Positions 1 to 13,093 of a stretch of 64,000 nt of DNA are shown here, piece after piece. Position numbers and translations under genes: made by a program. The notes beneath the pieces were generated by a model. That model was not told the origin of the DNA and ran no database searches. It saw only the letters and a list, made by a program, of their open reading frames with translations. The first letter of the stretch is position 1. Each line of letters opens with the position of its first letter. Origin of the DNA: Hydrolagus colliei (lineage: Eukaryota); contig CM068743.1 in NCBI GenBank assembly GCA_035084275.1, positions 50,034,001 to 50,098,000 on the forward strand, written 5' to 3'.

Positions 1-681
1 GACGGCGTCTCAGAGCGCTTAAATTAAGTAGAAGTACATGTATGTCTATAATACGCTCCTACTCTATGTTTCCTATCACTTATTTCTGTCACTGAATTAG
101 AAATTGTGAAATTTTCAGGAGATAATAATAAGTAATAATAATAATAATAATAATAATCCTTGCGTTTGCCTTACTGTGCCTTCAAGTTGGTTCGAAGCAC
201 TTCACAGAAAATACTGTAACGTGAATTGACTGTATATTTTGTGGACGTGTATCGTGGTGTTTTAAAGAACAAAGGTACTGTATTTCCTTTTTACATTGAG
301 TGTAATTACTAGTATGTGTGTTAAGTAGAGTGACAAATCAAGCGGCGTCTCTTGTTAATATTTTGAGTGGTAAGTGCCGGTAATATAGACAACATGGCAA
401 CGTAAATGGTACTGGCTAGCCAGTCATGTTATCAGGAGTTAAATATATTACAGTCTTCAGTGCAGCGGAAGGAAGGGACACAGAAAGGGTAAAACTGTCA
501 TAAACCACAACAGTGAACCTCACACTAGTTGCCCAAGAATAAAAATGACCTTGCCACTTTTGAACTTTTACTCAATGTACTAGGTTCAATAGTATTTTAA
601 AATTAAGCCAAAGGCATAAAAATAAGTCATTTTCAACTTTATTCCAACAAAGTTAAATTTCTGTCAGATGAAGTGCATTTT

Positions 682-697
682 GCACTAGAGGGCAGCA
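682..697 (+). promoter_or_regulatory. Candidate CTCF site
   Basis: GCACTAGAGGGCAGCA closely matches the CTCF core CCACYAGRKGGCRS. Confidence 0.5.
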
Positions 698-1019
698 TTG
701 GATAAGTTATGAACTCAATGGATGTTTGTATGCTTTATCTATCCTCCGTTATCTGCCTATACACATTTGCCCACAAAACACACCAACTTATTTTAAAATC
801 CTGATGTCCTCCCTACATGAAAGGCACTATACCAAATGTTCTGATTATTAAACTGCACATAGCCATTTAAAACAACCATGTATTTTCTGAACTTTTATTT
901 TAAAACAAATCTGTACAAATGTGTTGGCCAAATAAAAGAGGTACGTATTTGCCTAAGATGTGGGGAGCAGGAAGGAAAGAGATATGGAGAAACAAAAGTC
1001 GACAGGGTCCCACTGCTGA

Positions 1020-1262
1020 CTATCACCCACCGAGAGGCTGGTGAAACTCTATCCCGCAGTCCTTCCACCTCACCCCTCCCTGGCCTCCTTCAAGTCCCGC
1101 CTCAAGACCATCCTCTTCGAGACGGTCGCATTGGTCACTCGTAATCCACCCCTTTCCCTCCACCCTCCCTGTCCCCCAGCTCGGATCTGAAACAATAACT
1201 ATCCAGCGCCTTGCAACGTGCTCCTCCTGATGTGAAAGGCGCTGTAATTTTGCTGTTGTTGA
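1020..1262 (+). mobile_element. L2 3' fragment
   Basis: Degenerate 3' UTR and CAGCGCCTT...AAAGGCGCT tail. Confidence 0.75.
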
Positions 1263-1319
1263 TTATCTGCACAATTTGTAAGACTGAGGACCTCATGACT
1301 GGCTCGTGATAGCGCCTTC

Positions 1320-1825
1320 GTAGCTCAGGCGCTGACAGCATCAGCTTTCATAGCTGAACACTCCATCTCCCGAAGCCAGTCGGAAACCTGGATGTCTTGT
1401 TCGACCCCAAACTGTCCTTCCCCCACCCCCTACATGTGCGCCATGACTGCACTGCCTTCCACCACCTCTGTAACACTGCTGCCACTGCCTCACCCCTTAG
1501 GCTGCCTAAATCCTCATGCATGCATTCGTCACGTCAAGGCTTGACTACGGAAACTCCCTCCTCGTCGGCCTTCCCAGCTCTTCCCTTCACAAGCTGCAGA
1601 TCATCCAAAACTCTGCAGCTTGTGTCCGCCTCCACACCAGGCTCTGCGACCACATCACTCCCACCCTTGCCTGGTTCCATTGCCACCCCCCCATCCCCCA
1701 GAGGATCAAATTCAAGACCTTTATCCTCACTTTCAAGGCCATCTACAGCCTGACTGTTCAGCACCTTGGGACGTCCTCCCGACATGAAAGGCGCTCTATA
1801 AATCTAATTTTGTTGTTGTTATTGT
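1320..1825 (+). mobile_element. L2 fragment
   Basis: [15 protein letters not shown] remnant plus type A tail. Confidence 0.85.
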
Positions 1826-2087
1826 AGGACACAAGATTGGTTTCGATGAAGAAGGTCCTTCAGCCTGTCTGATCTCATTCCATGAGAAGACCATCCCTGA
1901 CGCTGCCCCAACTCCATATCACAGCATCCAGTTGCGTTTTAAATGAGACAGTCATGACAAACCCATTGAACCAATAGTTTTCTATGGCCAGATAGCCTAT
2001 TACTGACATTTCCAGAGCTCCCATCATCAGTAAAACCAGCAGTCTTTCATTGTAACAGGTTTAAGGATACTGAAGCTCAAACCATAC

Positions 2088-2218
2088 CTTTTCAGCCAAA
2101 GCAGCGCCTCAGTTGCAGAGTTTCTCACTGTGGCCACATCTGTTTCAATTTCATACAGTACTATCTTCTGAAGTGTGGTGAACTTTTCGGGATCAGTGAT
2201 GTACTTCTGATTGACTTT
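2088..2218 (-). CDS. PLEKHA8: PLEKHA8 exon 11 (KVNQKYITDPEKFTTLQKIVLYEIETDVATVRNSATEALLWLKR)
   Basis: ttcag|...|gtatgg, 131 nt; GLTP SATEALLWLKR signature. Gene continues left of the window. Confidence 0.96.
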
Positions 2219-2368
2219 CTGAAAGCAAATTTTTTTTGTGCAATATTAACAAGATGATGTTTTGAAACATTTAAAAGAACAGCACGGAGTAAAACTAAAA
2301 ATCAAAATGGTAAGAAAAAATGGATTTATCATTTAAAATTAGATGAATATTAAATTAGTGACACTTAC

Positions 2369-2427
2369 CTTAATATTACCCACAAAATCTAACTTAACAG
2401 GAGCAAAGACTGTTGGACCAAGTTTAT
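2369..2427 (-). CDS. PLEKHA8: PLEKHA8 exon 10 (DKLGPTVFAPVKLDFVGNIK)
   Basis: tgtag|...|gtaagt, 59 nt; retains the GLTP sugar-recognition D and N residues. Confidence 0.96.
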
Positions 2428-3820
2428 CTACAAGGGGGAACAAACAGCAACAGAATTTCAATAAAAACAATAGTGTTCCATCATTTTTAATTAGCAGAGG
2501 CAACATGAAGCAACTGCAAACCTCTTATTAGAGAAATTAGAAAGGAAGCCGAAGGAGGAATTATTTACACTGAAAGAATGATGTACATTTAACTCCTCTC
2601 TAAAACCGAACAACACAGAGAATTGTGGCCCTCCACCTTCAAGATCGAAGACATCTGTATACAATAGGGCTTCCAAATCCAAATCAATTTCAAAATGCAT
2701 GAAATTGAACCTCAATTTTACATATTATCTTTAGATTGACTTTTGTCAGTGCATTTCATTAAAAAAAAGTGCTGCTCAGTTTGGGCACTAAATTTGCCCA
2801 ATTTGTCACATTTTGGACTCTAAACATTATACTTCATTTTGTACTTTAATGTAATTGAGTACACAAGTCATATTGTACTTTAAGGAATTGTATATTCTCT
2901 CAGACTAAATGCAGGACAATACAGCCTCTTCTAAAGGTTACCTGGGACCAATAAGTCAGAGGCACGACAAAAATCACAAAATACACACAATGCACAGCAA
3001 GTGATGTCAGTGATTTGCTGACAACCCAGAATGGTGTACAGACTTATTGGTCATTGTTTGGTGAGGACATCACTACCTGTGCAATGCACGATTGCTGTGT
3101 AACAAAGCATTGCTGGCTTCACTTCAAATAAGAAGTGGCACATCCTGCAAGTGCAATGTGCAAGAAATGACATAGTGATATTAGCAGAGCTTCCTGCGCT
3201 CAACGCAAATCAATGCAATACGCAGGAAGTTGATCGGACATTTGTGCTTCACTCACAACATGACTCTGAACACTAGACACAGATGGTCACACTTATAACA
3301 AGGTTTCCTTGATGTTTGTATAAGTATCAGTACAAACTTCAATAGCTGAAAGGTTACATTTACTTATTTACAAAAAGACTGTAATTTAGAAACTATTCAT
3401 GAAAGGATTTGTAAATGATAAAATGTATTGATTTAAGAAGTTTTGCACAACAGAGAAATCAGATACTAATTGCACATTTGAGGGAATTCATGTATTTAAC
3501 TGCCACAATCTTAGAAGGGGAGACTAAATTATGATTGACTAGTCAGTGTAAGGCAAAACAACTTTAAAATACAGCGCATACAATAGCCATCAAAAGAAAA
3601 CAAAATGGAAAGCAAGCATAGCATTAACATAATCATGTTTAATGTGGAAACTGGGGTTACAAGACAATTGGTGACAACAGAAAAATGAAAAATAAAAAGT
3701 TAAGACATTAAAATGAGTTGGTTTACAATTATCCCCAGTCACCTCCACAGGAGAATTTGCACTATTAGATTAATAACGTGAGCTAGAATATTGAAAAAAT
3801 TAATATAACAAAGTTCCTAC

Positions 3821-3906
3821 CTAATATTGGAACTATTGCATAACATGCTTCCAGAAACGGCACAGTTGGGATACCCTTGTCTTCTTCAAATTCAATATCA
3901 TTAAAT
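3821..3906 (-). CDS. PLEKHA8: PLEKHA8 exon 9 (FNDIEFEEDKGIPTVPFLEACYAIVPIL), GLTP domain start
   Basis: ctag|...|gtagga, 86 nt; GLTP-domain homology. Confidence 0.95.
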
Positions 3907-5039
3907 CTAGAAATCAAAATAGACTCACATATACTGGCAGAAAGGATCAAAAACAAAAACAATACAGGCAACATTGGAATATAATCCAAGCAAGAACAGA
4001 TTGGACAGGCTTTCTTAGACTATTAAAAAAATTAAGACAGATCTTTTAGCTCATCCTCAATTTAACAAGACAGTGCCTATTGATGTGCACAATCGACTGA
4101 CGCGTTTCGCCCCCAAAATATAGTCAATTCACTTTACAGTATATTCTGTGAAGCTCCTTGAGATGTCTCGACAACTATCCCAAATGGAGCGAAATGTGAT
4201 AATGTCTAATTATTATTTATTCAGTTATATTGACATCTTATATTAGAAAAAGAAGTGAATATCAATCCATGTTAGCAATATCTTAAATCATTTGAAAGAC
4301 TCAAAATTGCAATATTATCAAATTAAAAATCATGCAAATGTGGCTACTGTATATTGAAATGAGAAACTAAGCCAGCCACTGGTTACAGGAGCTTTTTTGA
4401 AACTTAATTATTTTCTAATTAAACTGATCAAGCTGATATCTGAACTGAAGGGGCTGCTTCATCTGAAGCTCTCTTGTGAATCCTACTTATTACTAGGATT
4501 TATTGCTGACAGGTACCTGCTGACATAATAAGGGAACTGCAGTGATTATTATAGAATTAGATTTTTGGAAGCCTTATGACAAGGTTTGATAATATGTAAT
4601 TAAAAGCTACGGTAAGGAGGCAAGCAATAGGGGGTAAGTACTTGGGATAAATGATTGAATAATAGAAGGTGTTGTAATATTAACTCCCTAAATTACAATG
4701 TTGTACATTTCAGGTCCCCACTAAGCCTGAAATCATAATCTTTGCAGGTTGAAACCGTACCAGAGTTCTTAAAGTGTTACACTGTTGGAAGTGAACTGAC
4801 ATTCGCTCACAAATATACAGTCAATTCTGCTACTCTCCCTCAACCTGCCCCGACCCCTCCCATCCTGCTCTTGTCCCTACCTAACTGTACAGCACCTTGG
4901 GACAACCTCTCGACGTGAAACGCGCAATATAAATGTACATTTTGATTGATTGATTGACATGGAACCAATCCCATTGGATATGTTTACATTGGGTATCAGT
5001 TCATCTCCAAATGGATTTGTTTTTTAGTATGAAATGCAA

Positions 5040-6140
5040 ACAACCACAAAATTAATTTGTAAAGCGTCTTTCACGTCGGGGAGGAGAGCGGGGATCTGCA
5101 TCTTTGAAGGTGAGGATCATGTTCTTGAACTTTATCCTCTCTGTGATGGGAAGCCCAGGGAAGTCGGGCGAGGATGGAGGCAATAAAGAGTCATGGAGCC
5201 TATTGCTGGAGAGGAAACTGGCTGCAGAATTCTAGATGATTTACAGTCTGTGGAGGGAGGAGTTAGGGAGGCCGATAAGCAGGGAAATTGCAAAGTCAAG
5301 CCTGGATGTTATGAATGCGTGTACGAGGTTTTGGAAGCTTGCAGTGTGAGTCTGTGGCGGAGTCAGGCAATGCTGCCAAGATGGGGGAAGGCAGAGCAGG
5401 TCATGGCATGGATATGCGGTAGAAAGGATAGCTGAGAGTCGAACAAGACACCAAGGTTCCAGATTGGCTCAGTGAGATGGGAGTGTGCATCCAAGGATGG
5501 AGATGCTCAGTGGCTGAGGTGTGAATGTGCTGCTGGGAGCCAATCAGGAGGGCCTCGGTCTTGTTGATGTTCAACTGAAGAACGTTAGCTCTCATCCAAG
5601 ACAGCAGTGGTCCTGGAGTCGTGGGTGGAGCCAGAGAGATACGGTTGGTTGTCATCCAAATACATGTGGAAGTTGATCCCATATTTGCAGCTGATGTCAC
5701 CAAGAGGGAGCATATAGATGTTGAAGAGGGGACAAAGGACGGAGCCATGAGGAATGCCACAAATACACAGTGCTGGGGCTAGAGGAGAAACCATTTGTGG
5801 AGATGAAGTGGAGGCAGTGTTAGAGGTACAAACTGAACTACTCAAGGACAGAACCATGACAGTTGAGGTGAGAGAGAGGCGGTGGCTGAGGATACTGTAG
5901 TCTATCGTGTTGAAGGCAGCAGAGAGGTCAAGGAGGATGAGAAGGCAGAGAGGGAGACCTGATCATAGATGGACAGAATGTCATTTATCACTTTGAGCAG
6001 AGATATTTCTGTGCTGTGGGCAGCATGGAAACCCGATTGGAGGGGTTTGCGAAGGGAGTGGTGGGAGAGGAAGGAGCGGAGCTGGGAAGCAATGAGGAAG
6101 CTTGTTCCAGGACCTTGGAGAGGTTTGGTCATAAGGTTGT
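5040..6140 (-). mobile_element. Degraded L2 ORF2 fragment
   Basis: LQSGF, IPHGSVLCP, YLDD and LNINKTEALL remnants across frameshifts. Confidence 0.85.
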
Positions 6141-6645
6141 CACGGATGTTACTCGCTGTGAGCTGCACCGGCAAAACCCCAACAATATTCCTCTCATGAC
6201 ATTCCAACTCATTCGCAATTTTTAAATTTGTGTCGATGTCCATTTTTATTTGTAAAACTTCTACTGGTAAAAATATTTCTTCACCTAATAGGAAGATTTC
6301 TTGCTCATTGACTGTCCAGCGCCTTGGGACGTCCTCCCGGCATGAAAGGCGCTATACAAATGTATTGTTGCGGTTGTTGTTGTTATTTAGCCAGATCTCC
6401 ACAAATACTGTGTGAACAAGCAACTCTCGGGAAGAGAGAAAGCATATTCAATTTGCTCTGAGCTCACAAGACTCACAACAATTTAGTTACTGACTATCAG
6501 TGCTGTCCATGTTGATTAGTGGAACAATTGTCAGCAATTTAACAGTCACTGGAAAGGACTCGGTGCTCAGAACAGAGAAAAACAATTCTGAGTTAGTTAC
6601 AAAATCAGTTGGAGTCTGATCATGGAAATGTCTCAAATCTACTTA

Positions 6646-7613
6646 CCGTATATCTCCGCGTATAAGGCGCACCCGCGTATAAGGCGCACCCCCCGTTTTT
6701 GACCTTTTCTTGGTGAAAAAAAACGGAAGCATTTTCAATGATATTGCCGGCAGAAGGGAGGTAAGTAGGGAGAGAGGTAAGTAGGGAGAGAGAGAGAGGC
6801 AGGCAGCCAGGGAGGGAGAGAGGGAGGCAGGGAGAGAGAGAGGGAGAGAGGCAGGCCGGCAGCGTGGGAGAGAGAGAGGTAGGCCGNNNNNNNNNNNNNN
6901 NNNNNNNNNNNNNNNNNNNNNNNNNNNNNNNNNNNNNNNNNNNNNNNNNNNNNNNNNNNNNNNNNNNNNNNNNNNNNNNNNNNNNNNNNNNNNNNNNNNN
7001 NNNNNNNNNNNNNNNNNNNNNNNNNNNNNNNNNNNNNNNNNNNNNNNNNNNNNNNNNNNNNNNNNNNNNNNNNGGGAGAGAGAGAGGGAGAGAGGCAGGC
7101 CGGCAGCCCGGGAGAGAGAGAGGGAGAGAGGGAGGGAGAGAAGCAGGCCGGCAGCCTGGGAGAGAGAGAGGGAGAGAGGCAGGCAGGGAGAGAGAGAGGG
7201 AGAGAGGCAGGCCGGCAGCCTGGGAGAGAGAGAGGGAGAGAGGCAGGCCGGCAGCCCGGGAGAGAGAGAGGGAGAGAGGCAGGGAGAGAGGCAGGGAGGG
7301 AGAGGCAGGCAGGCAGGGAGAGAGAGCGGCAGGGAGTGAGGCAGGCAGACTGGGTTCGGCAGAAGGTAAGCACAGCACTGAAGTCCGCTGCTGCTGCCGC
7401 TGCCCGGGCGGCCGAGGCCGAAGCCCCGTCACCCGCTCCTCCCAACCCCCGCCGGACACTGACCAAACCCCGGCTGACAGCGCGCCGGCCGCCCCCACTG
7501 TTTACTGTATTTCCGAGGCTCAAAATTGCTTGCACCTGCGTATAGAGCGCACCCCCAACTTTCGAGATCTTCCGACCTGAAAAAAGGTGCACCTTATACG
7601 CGGAGATATACGG
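6646..7613. mobile_element. Non-autonomous Tc2/pogo-like (TcMar) DNA element with internal minisatellite
   Basis: 28-bp TIRs CCGTATATCTCCGCGTATAAGG(C/T)GCACC (1 mismatch), TA on both flanks, subterminal GCGTATAxxGCGCACCCC repeats. Confidence 0.85.
6755..7345. repeat. GA-rich minisatellite (GGGAGAGAGAGAGGGAGAGAGGCAGGCCGGCAGCC-like units) spanning an assembly gap
   Basis: Visible tandem units; 187 N at 6887-7073. Confidence 0.9.
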
Positions 7614-7965
7614 TAATTTGTTCTTTCATAGGATTTCAACCTCAAAAATATTTTTTTCAGATTTCCTTTGAAAAGATTCACTACTATGTGATGTTTCCAA
7701 CTTGTTTAGCTTGATGTTTTTAAGCAGCTTTAAGTAATTTGAGTATTATCCAGAGTATATAAACTTTCTAAATAAATATGGTTTTCAACGCTTCCCTACA
7801 TTATTTGAAATTTCGGGCAAGTTGGAAATACCTACAAGTATTTCAGCCAAGTTTCCTTTTGGTTTGGAGCCACGATCATGCCCCTTACTGTTCACTACCA
7901 TGTCATTCTGAGGTGTGGGGTGGGCCACTGCCAGAAAATTTAATCCAAAGCAGGCTACTGCTGAT

Positions 7966-8346
7966 TAATAATAATACTTGCATTTGATACAGCGCCTTAT
8001 CATGTCTAGAGACATCTCAAAGTTCCTCACAGAATGTACTGTAAAGTGAATCGACTGTATTTTGTGAGTAAAATGCAGGCAGCCAATTGCGCACAGCAGT
8101 GTCCAACAAACAGTAGTGGATTGAGTGACCAAATTATTATTAATTTTTTGAAGGGATTATTATGCCCAGAAAAGCGATCCACCAAATCACTAACAATCGG
8201 TTCCTACTTACTATTAGGTAAACAGAGGCATGCTTGCGTTCATGGAGTAAGGAAACTTGCCTACGGTCTCGCCCTGCCCAGGAAGCGATCTCTGGTCCTC
8301 TCGTTTGTGAGGCGAGTGCTGCAATCACTCAGCTACAGAACTCCAC
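7966..8346 (-). mobile_element. tRNA-derived Deu-type SINE, near full length (long variant)
   Basis: tRNA-like head GTAGCTGAGT, TGCTGTGCGCAATTGGCTGC Deu-like block, L2-like tail with (ATT)n. Confidence 0.88.
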
Positions 8347-10309
8347 GGATCCTCTCACTAGCAAGGCGAGTGCTTGACGGAAAATTATACAAGCAGACGA
8401 CTGGTGTTTGCGCTCCTATGCTTATAGATGGTGGTAAAGGGTCTAAGTCTGTGGGCTGGGAACATGCTGAGAGTGCGGGCTGACTGCCAGTCTACGTCCA
8501 TTTCAATGATTTTCAATGCTTCACTTCAGGAAGTCTCAAATCCGAGCAGTTTTGGAATGCTTGCTCAAAAGTATTGCATTGATTTAATATTCCACTGTCA
8601 AGAAAGGAACTGTCAAGTTCAAGTAGATTCAATAAATGTAAACAACAACAAAAATTGCATTTATATAACTAATCCGCAGGGTAGCGTTCCAGAGCACGTG
8701 GGCTTGAAGGTTCACAATGTAATCTGTTAACTCAAATATATACAGTAACTAGTTACATATCGACTTATTGCTATAGACGGAATTAGAGTATTCTCCAAAT
8801 TATTTGACATATTTTGAAACAAACATTTATGAAATTCAGTTATTTGCTTTCCCTCTTGTAACGCTGGGTCTGATAGTTTAAACAGGGCATAATAATCCTT
8901 TAGCTGACGCTCCACACCTGACGTAGCTCACATATGGATCCCACTACTTTTCATTTAAAAAACGGGTGCTATAATCATTCAATTTATTGTCAAGCACAAT
9001 AAACAGAGATAATAATAACCTTGCATTTGATATACTGATTTATTGTTACTAATCATAAAGCTAGAATTTTTATATGTACTAAAAACCCCCCCCCAAATTA
9101 AATCTATGAATAATACAGTACTCCAAAAGCAGTGGTAACATGGTTAGCTATTGACAGTTTCAAATAACATGAATGAAACCATCATAGAATATAGCAAGAA
9201 CAGGTTAGAAACAGTTATTGAAAGTGACCACAGATGAAAGATGGTTGAGAAAGACAAGTGATTCATGAAGTGCCATGTACAAATCATATACAAACGGATT
9301 TGTATTATGCACCATTTGTAAGTATGTATAGATGGAATAAGTGTGCTTAATTCTGTGAGTAATTAGGAATGAAAAGTATTTATGATGCAAAATAGTTAAT
9401 ATTTTGCTTGATGGTTATATAAATAAATGCACCCAGTATCCCATCTATGCACAACAATTAGGATATGGCATTTACGAGACTCCATAGTCACATGCATATC
9501 AAAGGAAAGCGGATTTTGATGCTACTCCAAATTGCATTTGTGCAAAAGAAGCTGAAGATATTTGGCTAAAATTGAATTTGCATTGTATAGTATATCCAAA
9601 CCATTGGATAACAAATCAAGCAGATCTGAGACCATGTCCAAAGCCACGAATAAGAAGTATTTGGCTAGTTAAGGTGTCTGTAGGCAAAGTAATAATAATA
9701 CGCAATTTAAAATTATATATCAATTAATTTGTTAAGATTTCTACCAAAGAATATCAAAAGCAAACAGACAGAATTTGCAAATGACCAAAACCAGAGGGCG
9801 TACAACTCATTACATTCAGAAGCTTGCAATGTCTGTAAACATTTGCTCCTAATGTTCCAAATGATTGTTCTGGGATAGAAATTCCATCAGAATCCAGATT
9901 TACTTGATTTTCTTAGCATTTCATGGTGTCTAGAATTTGGCAAACTCTTCAACACAGCCTTACTTTTGAAGCCAGTGTTCTGCAAGTGTTCTGCAAGTTC
10001 TTTTATGAGCTACATAAAAGTTGCTTCAAGGAAAGACTCAATCAAAACTCAAAATATTGCCAATTTCTGCAAAATGCGTAACATTACATAAACAGAATAA
10101 AAATCTCATCACAAATGGAATTTCTCTGCTCTGTGACTGATTTAAAGCAGACATACTTACACAGGTAGTAATTAAACAGCTGAAGCTCAAACTTTTCAAA
10201 TAAAATGTAATTTAATTATATATTAATTATAAATTATAAAATAAACACAGACTGAAATCCTCCTATTCTGTAAGTTACTGTAGCTTATGCAAACCGTAGA
10301 TTTTCATAC

Positions 10310-10502
10310 CTTTGTTCCATTGTGCTAAAAAAGGTTTCGATCTTTTCTTCCTCCTCTTCTGTGGGAGGTGATGCACTGTCCAGTTCCTCCTGACTGCACA
10401 CCTCGATCTCATCTTCAATAGTTGATGCAGACGGCTGGAGTTCAACATTCACCCCAGTCTCCTCAGGGGCCACATCTTCTGATTTGGAAAGGTCCATTAT
10501 CT
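10310..10502 (-). CDS. PLEKHA8: PLEKHA8 exon 8 (acidic linker ending EEEEEKIETFFSTMEQR)
   Basis: Long pyrimidine tract, ttag|...|gtatga, 193 nt; TFFSTM motif precedes the GLTP domain. Confidence 0.9.
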
Positions 10503-11696
10503 CTAAGTTAGTAACGGGAGGAGTGGGGGGGAACACAGAATAGACAAGAATGTTTAGAAATGTAACAATTATCATACTAGAATTAGCTAACACATTTTCA
10601 CCATTGAACACCATTTGAATTAAGAATCCAATGTATTTTCGTTAATAGAAAAGGCTCGCACAACAGAATTCTGACATACTAATATTTCTTTCTCAAAGGT
10701 TATTGAAAATGCGGTGAAAAAAAATTACGGCCTTGAAATGTAGTGCAAGTTAATCAGTATCTGAAAGTGAAAAACAGATTAACATTTCAGACTAGACCTA
10801 TATCAGGACTAAGAAAGTTTACTTGTTTTTATTTACTGTATTGGATCTTATCCACGTCTTCTCTTTACTCCAAGTAACAAAGCAATCTCAATGTAAAATC
10901 CTGAGAAACACACGTTCTCGTTGTTAAAGTGTTGTTGTATATTCTCTCGTGGCTAGTGGGGTTGCCACTGAATAGATATGATCGCCTCAGCCAAATGAAT
11001 TAACAAAATACAAAAAGTACCATTCAGAGACTGAAGTAGAGGCTGTGTGCTGCAAGAGCAGGTTCAGGATTGTGCAGCACTGCACTCGAACCATGCTCGC
11101 CTTATCAATTTGCATAGAGTGATGGCCTGAAATACATTGCTCCTATTCTTCAATCTCAGCTGACGAGAACAAAAGGGGATGTTTCACAAGAAAATAGTAA
11201 GATACGTGTACTGGAGAATGTAATGTAAGCAGAGCCATTGTCCATTTGATGTATTGCCTTTATCAACACGCATTTAGGTCATTGTTTTTATTATATACAA
11301 ATGAGATAAAAATTATGTAAAACGTGATGGAAAAACACCCAATTTAGTCATATAAAACAATTCAAATATAGATTTGGTGAATCGGTACAGCACAAAGCGT
11401 ATTTAAAATAAATCTTATAAATCCACAAATCCAAATCTGAGCACTTTTTACAAGTTAGAAGGTAATTGATGTAGCAACTTTCATTTACATAGAGCAATTC
11501 ATACAGGCCAATGCCTCAAAGCACTATCCAAAAATCTGATTGAATTTCAGCAACAGAAATTGTCGTGAAATAACAGTGTATCAGATCAATTCAGAGGAAC
11601 ACAATATATTTTGTAAAGTAAAATTTACTTGTTTTAAAAAAAAACATCAAGTGCATTTTTATTTTCTCTTTTAAGTGGATGTGGATCATTGAAGTA

Positions 11697-12363
11697 CATG
11701 TACTTCTCCCCAACCGTGGGGGATACGTTCCTGAAAACCTCCGCAGTTAGTAAAAACGCATTTGGAAAATACAGGGCCCTATGGGATACATGGGGATAGG
11801 GGAAGTAAGTTCGCGTTTCGTAGAACTAAACACAAAAAGACATATACACAGTTATAACATACGTGGGGATAGGGGGAGTAAGTTTGGGCACATTGGCTGC
11901 CAGGATCTGCAGCAATCCGCGAAGCTGTCTGACTGACTGATCTACACACACACACAGAAAGACAGAGAGAAATCAACGGAGAAGGTAGTGTGGTGGGTGA
12001 CACGGAGGTGAGAGAAATCAACAGAGAAGGTGGTGTGGTGGGTGACATGTTTGGGAGCATTGGCTGCCAGGATCTGCAGACACAGAGAGAGGGAGAAATC
12101 AACGGAGATTTACCTTAATCCTAAGAGAGAAGCGACATCTCACTGGTTGATTGCAACATCGCAACTGGGTAGGTCAGTCGTTAACTCAAAGCTGGTTGAT
12201 GCAACTGGGTCCAAGCGCCAAACGCTAGTATTAGTGTTAAAACCCGTGGATAAGCAAGGGTTAAGCAATAACCATTGCGTGGTTAGCAAGGCTTGTCGCA
12301 TTTAGCAAATCATGGATGCGTGAGTTTCGCAGTTGTCGAGGGCACGGTTGCGGCGGGTACCTG
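11697..12363. mobile_element. Tigger/MER2-like non-autonomous DNA element
   Basis: TA-flanked imperfect TIRs CA(T/G)GTAC...CAACCGTG; GGGGGATACGTTCC subterminal motif; internal duplications (GAGAAATCAACGGAGA x3, CATTGGCTGCCAGGATCTGCAG x2). Confidence 0.65.
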
Positions 12364-12426
12364 TATTTTACATTTAGCCTAGAGCAGCACTTCCATGTAG
12401 GTGATGGAATGTCCTCCTGACGCTAC

Positions 12427-12779
12427 ACAACAACAACAACAATTGACATTTATATAGCGCCTTTCACGTCGGGAGGACGTCCCAATGCGCTGCACATGAG
12501 GTGTGTGACCCGAGCTGGGAGGGGAGTGTTTGGGAAGGGGTGAAACACGAAGGGGAGGTAAAAGAGTTCGGGGTGGAACAAAAGGCACGATCGAAGAGGA
12601 AAGTCTTCAAACCGGCCTTGAAAGAGGAAAGGGAAGAGACGAAACAGAGGGATTGAGGGATGGCATTCCATAAGGTGGGAGCGGAGAAACTGAAGGCCCG
12701 GCCTCCGATGGTGGGGCGGTTCGGGCGGGGGACTTGGAGCAGGCCAAGTCCTGTTGAACGGAGGGTCCGGGTAGGCGTA
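12427..12779 (-). mobile_element. Young L2 3' end (type A), nested in an older plus-strand L2 tail
   Basis: Highly similar to 33980-34335; (CAA)n tail on the left; remains of an opposite-strand tail on both flanks. Confidence 0.9.
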
Positions 12780-13093
12780 TACAAATGTAATTTGTTGTTG
12801 TTTATCATATATCCCCTAGTTTTTCTCCATCATGCTGTCAATTGAGGAACACAAATCCAAGGCTTTGTTGTTTCTGCTCTGTAACCAGAGCGACTCTGCA
12901 GCGACTTTATTGTCTGGCTGTTGACATTTAAACATCCTTCAGTGGGGACACTGAGGTGTACAATCGGCTGCTTTGTTTTGCCCACAAATATAGTCAATTC
13001 ACTTTACAGTATAAAGCACTTTGAGGCATGTAGAAGATATGAAAAGCACCACATGAAATGCAAGTATTATTATTAACATTAACAAACAATTAC

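Noticed and set aside
6620-7592. Long ORFs (292, 285 and 238 aa) on both strands
   Set aside because: Low-complexity translation of a minisatellite plus an N gap.
10820-10970. Possible extra PLEKHA8 linker exon
   Set aside because: Candidate acceptors give in-frame stops, and exons 7 and 8 already join in frame.
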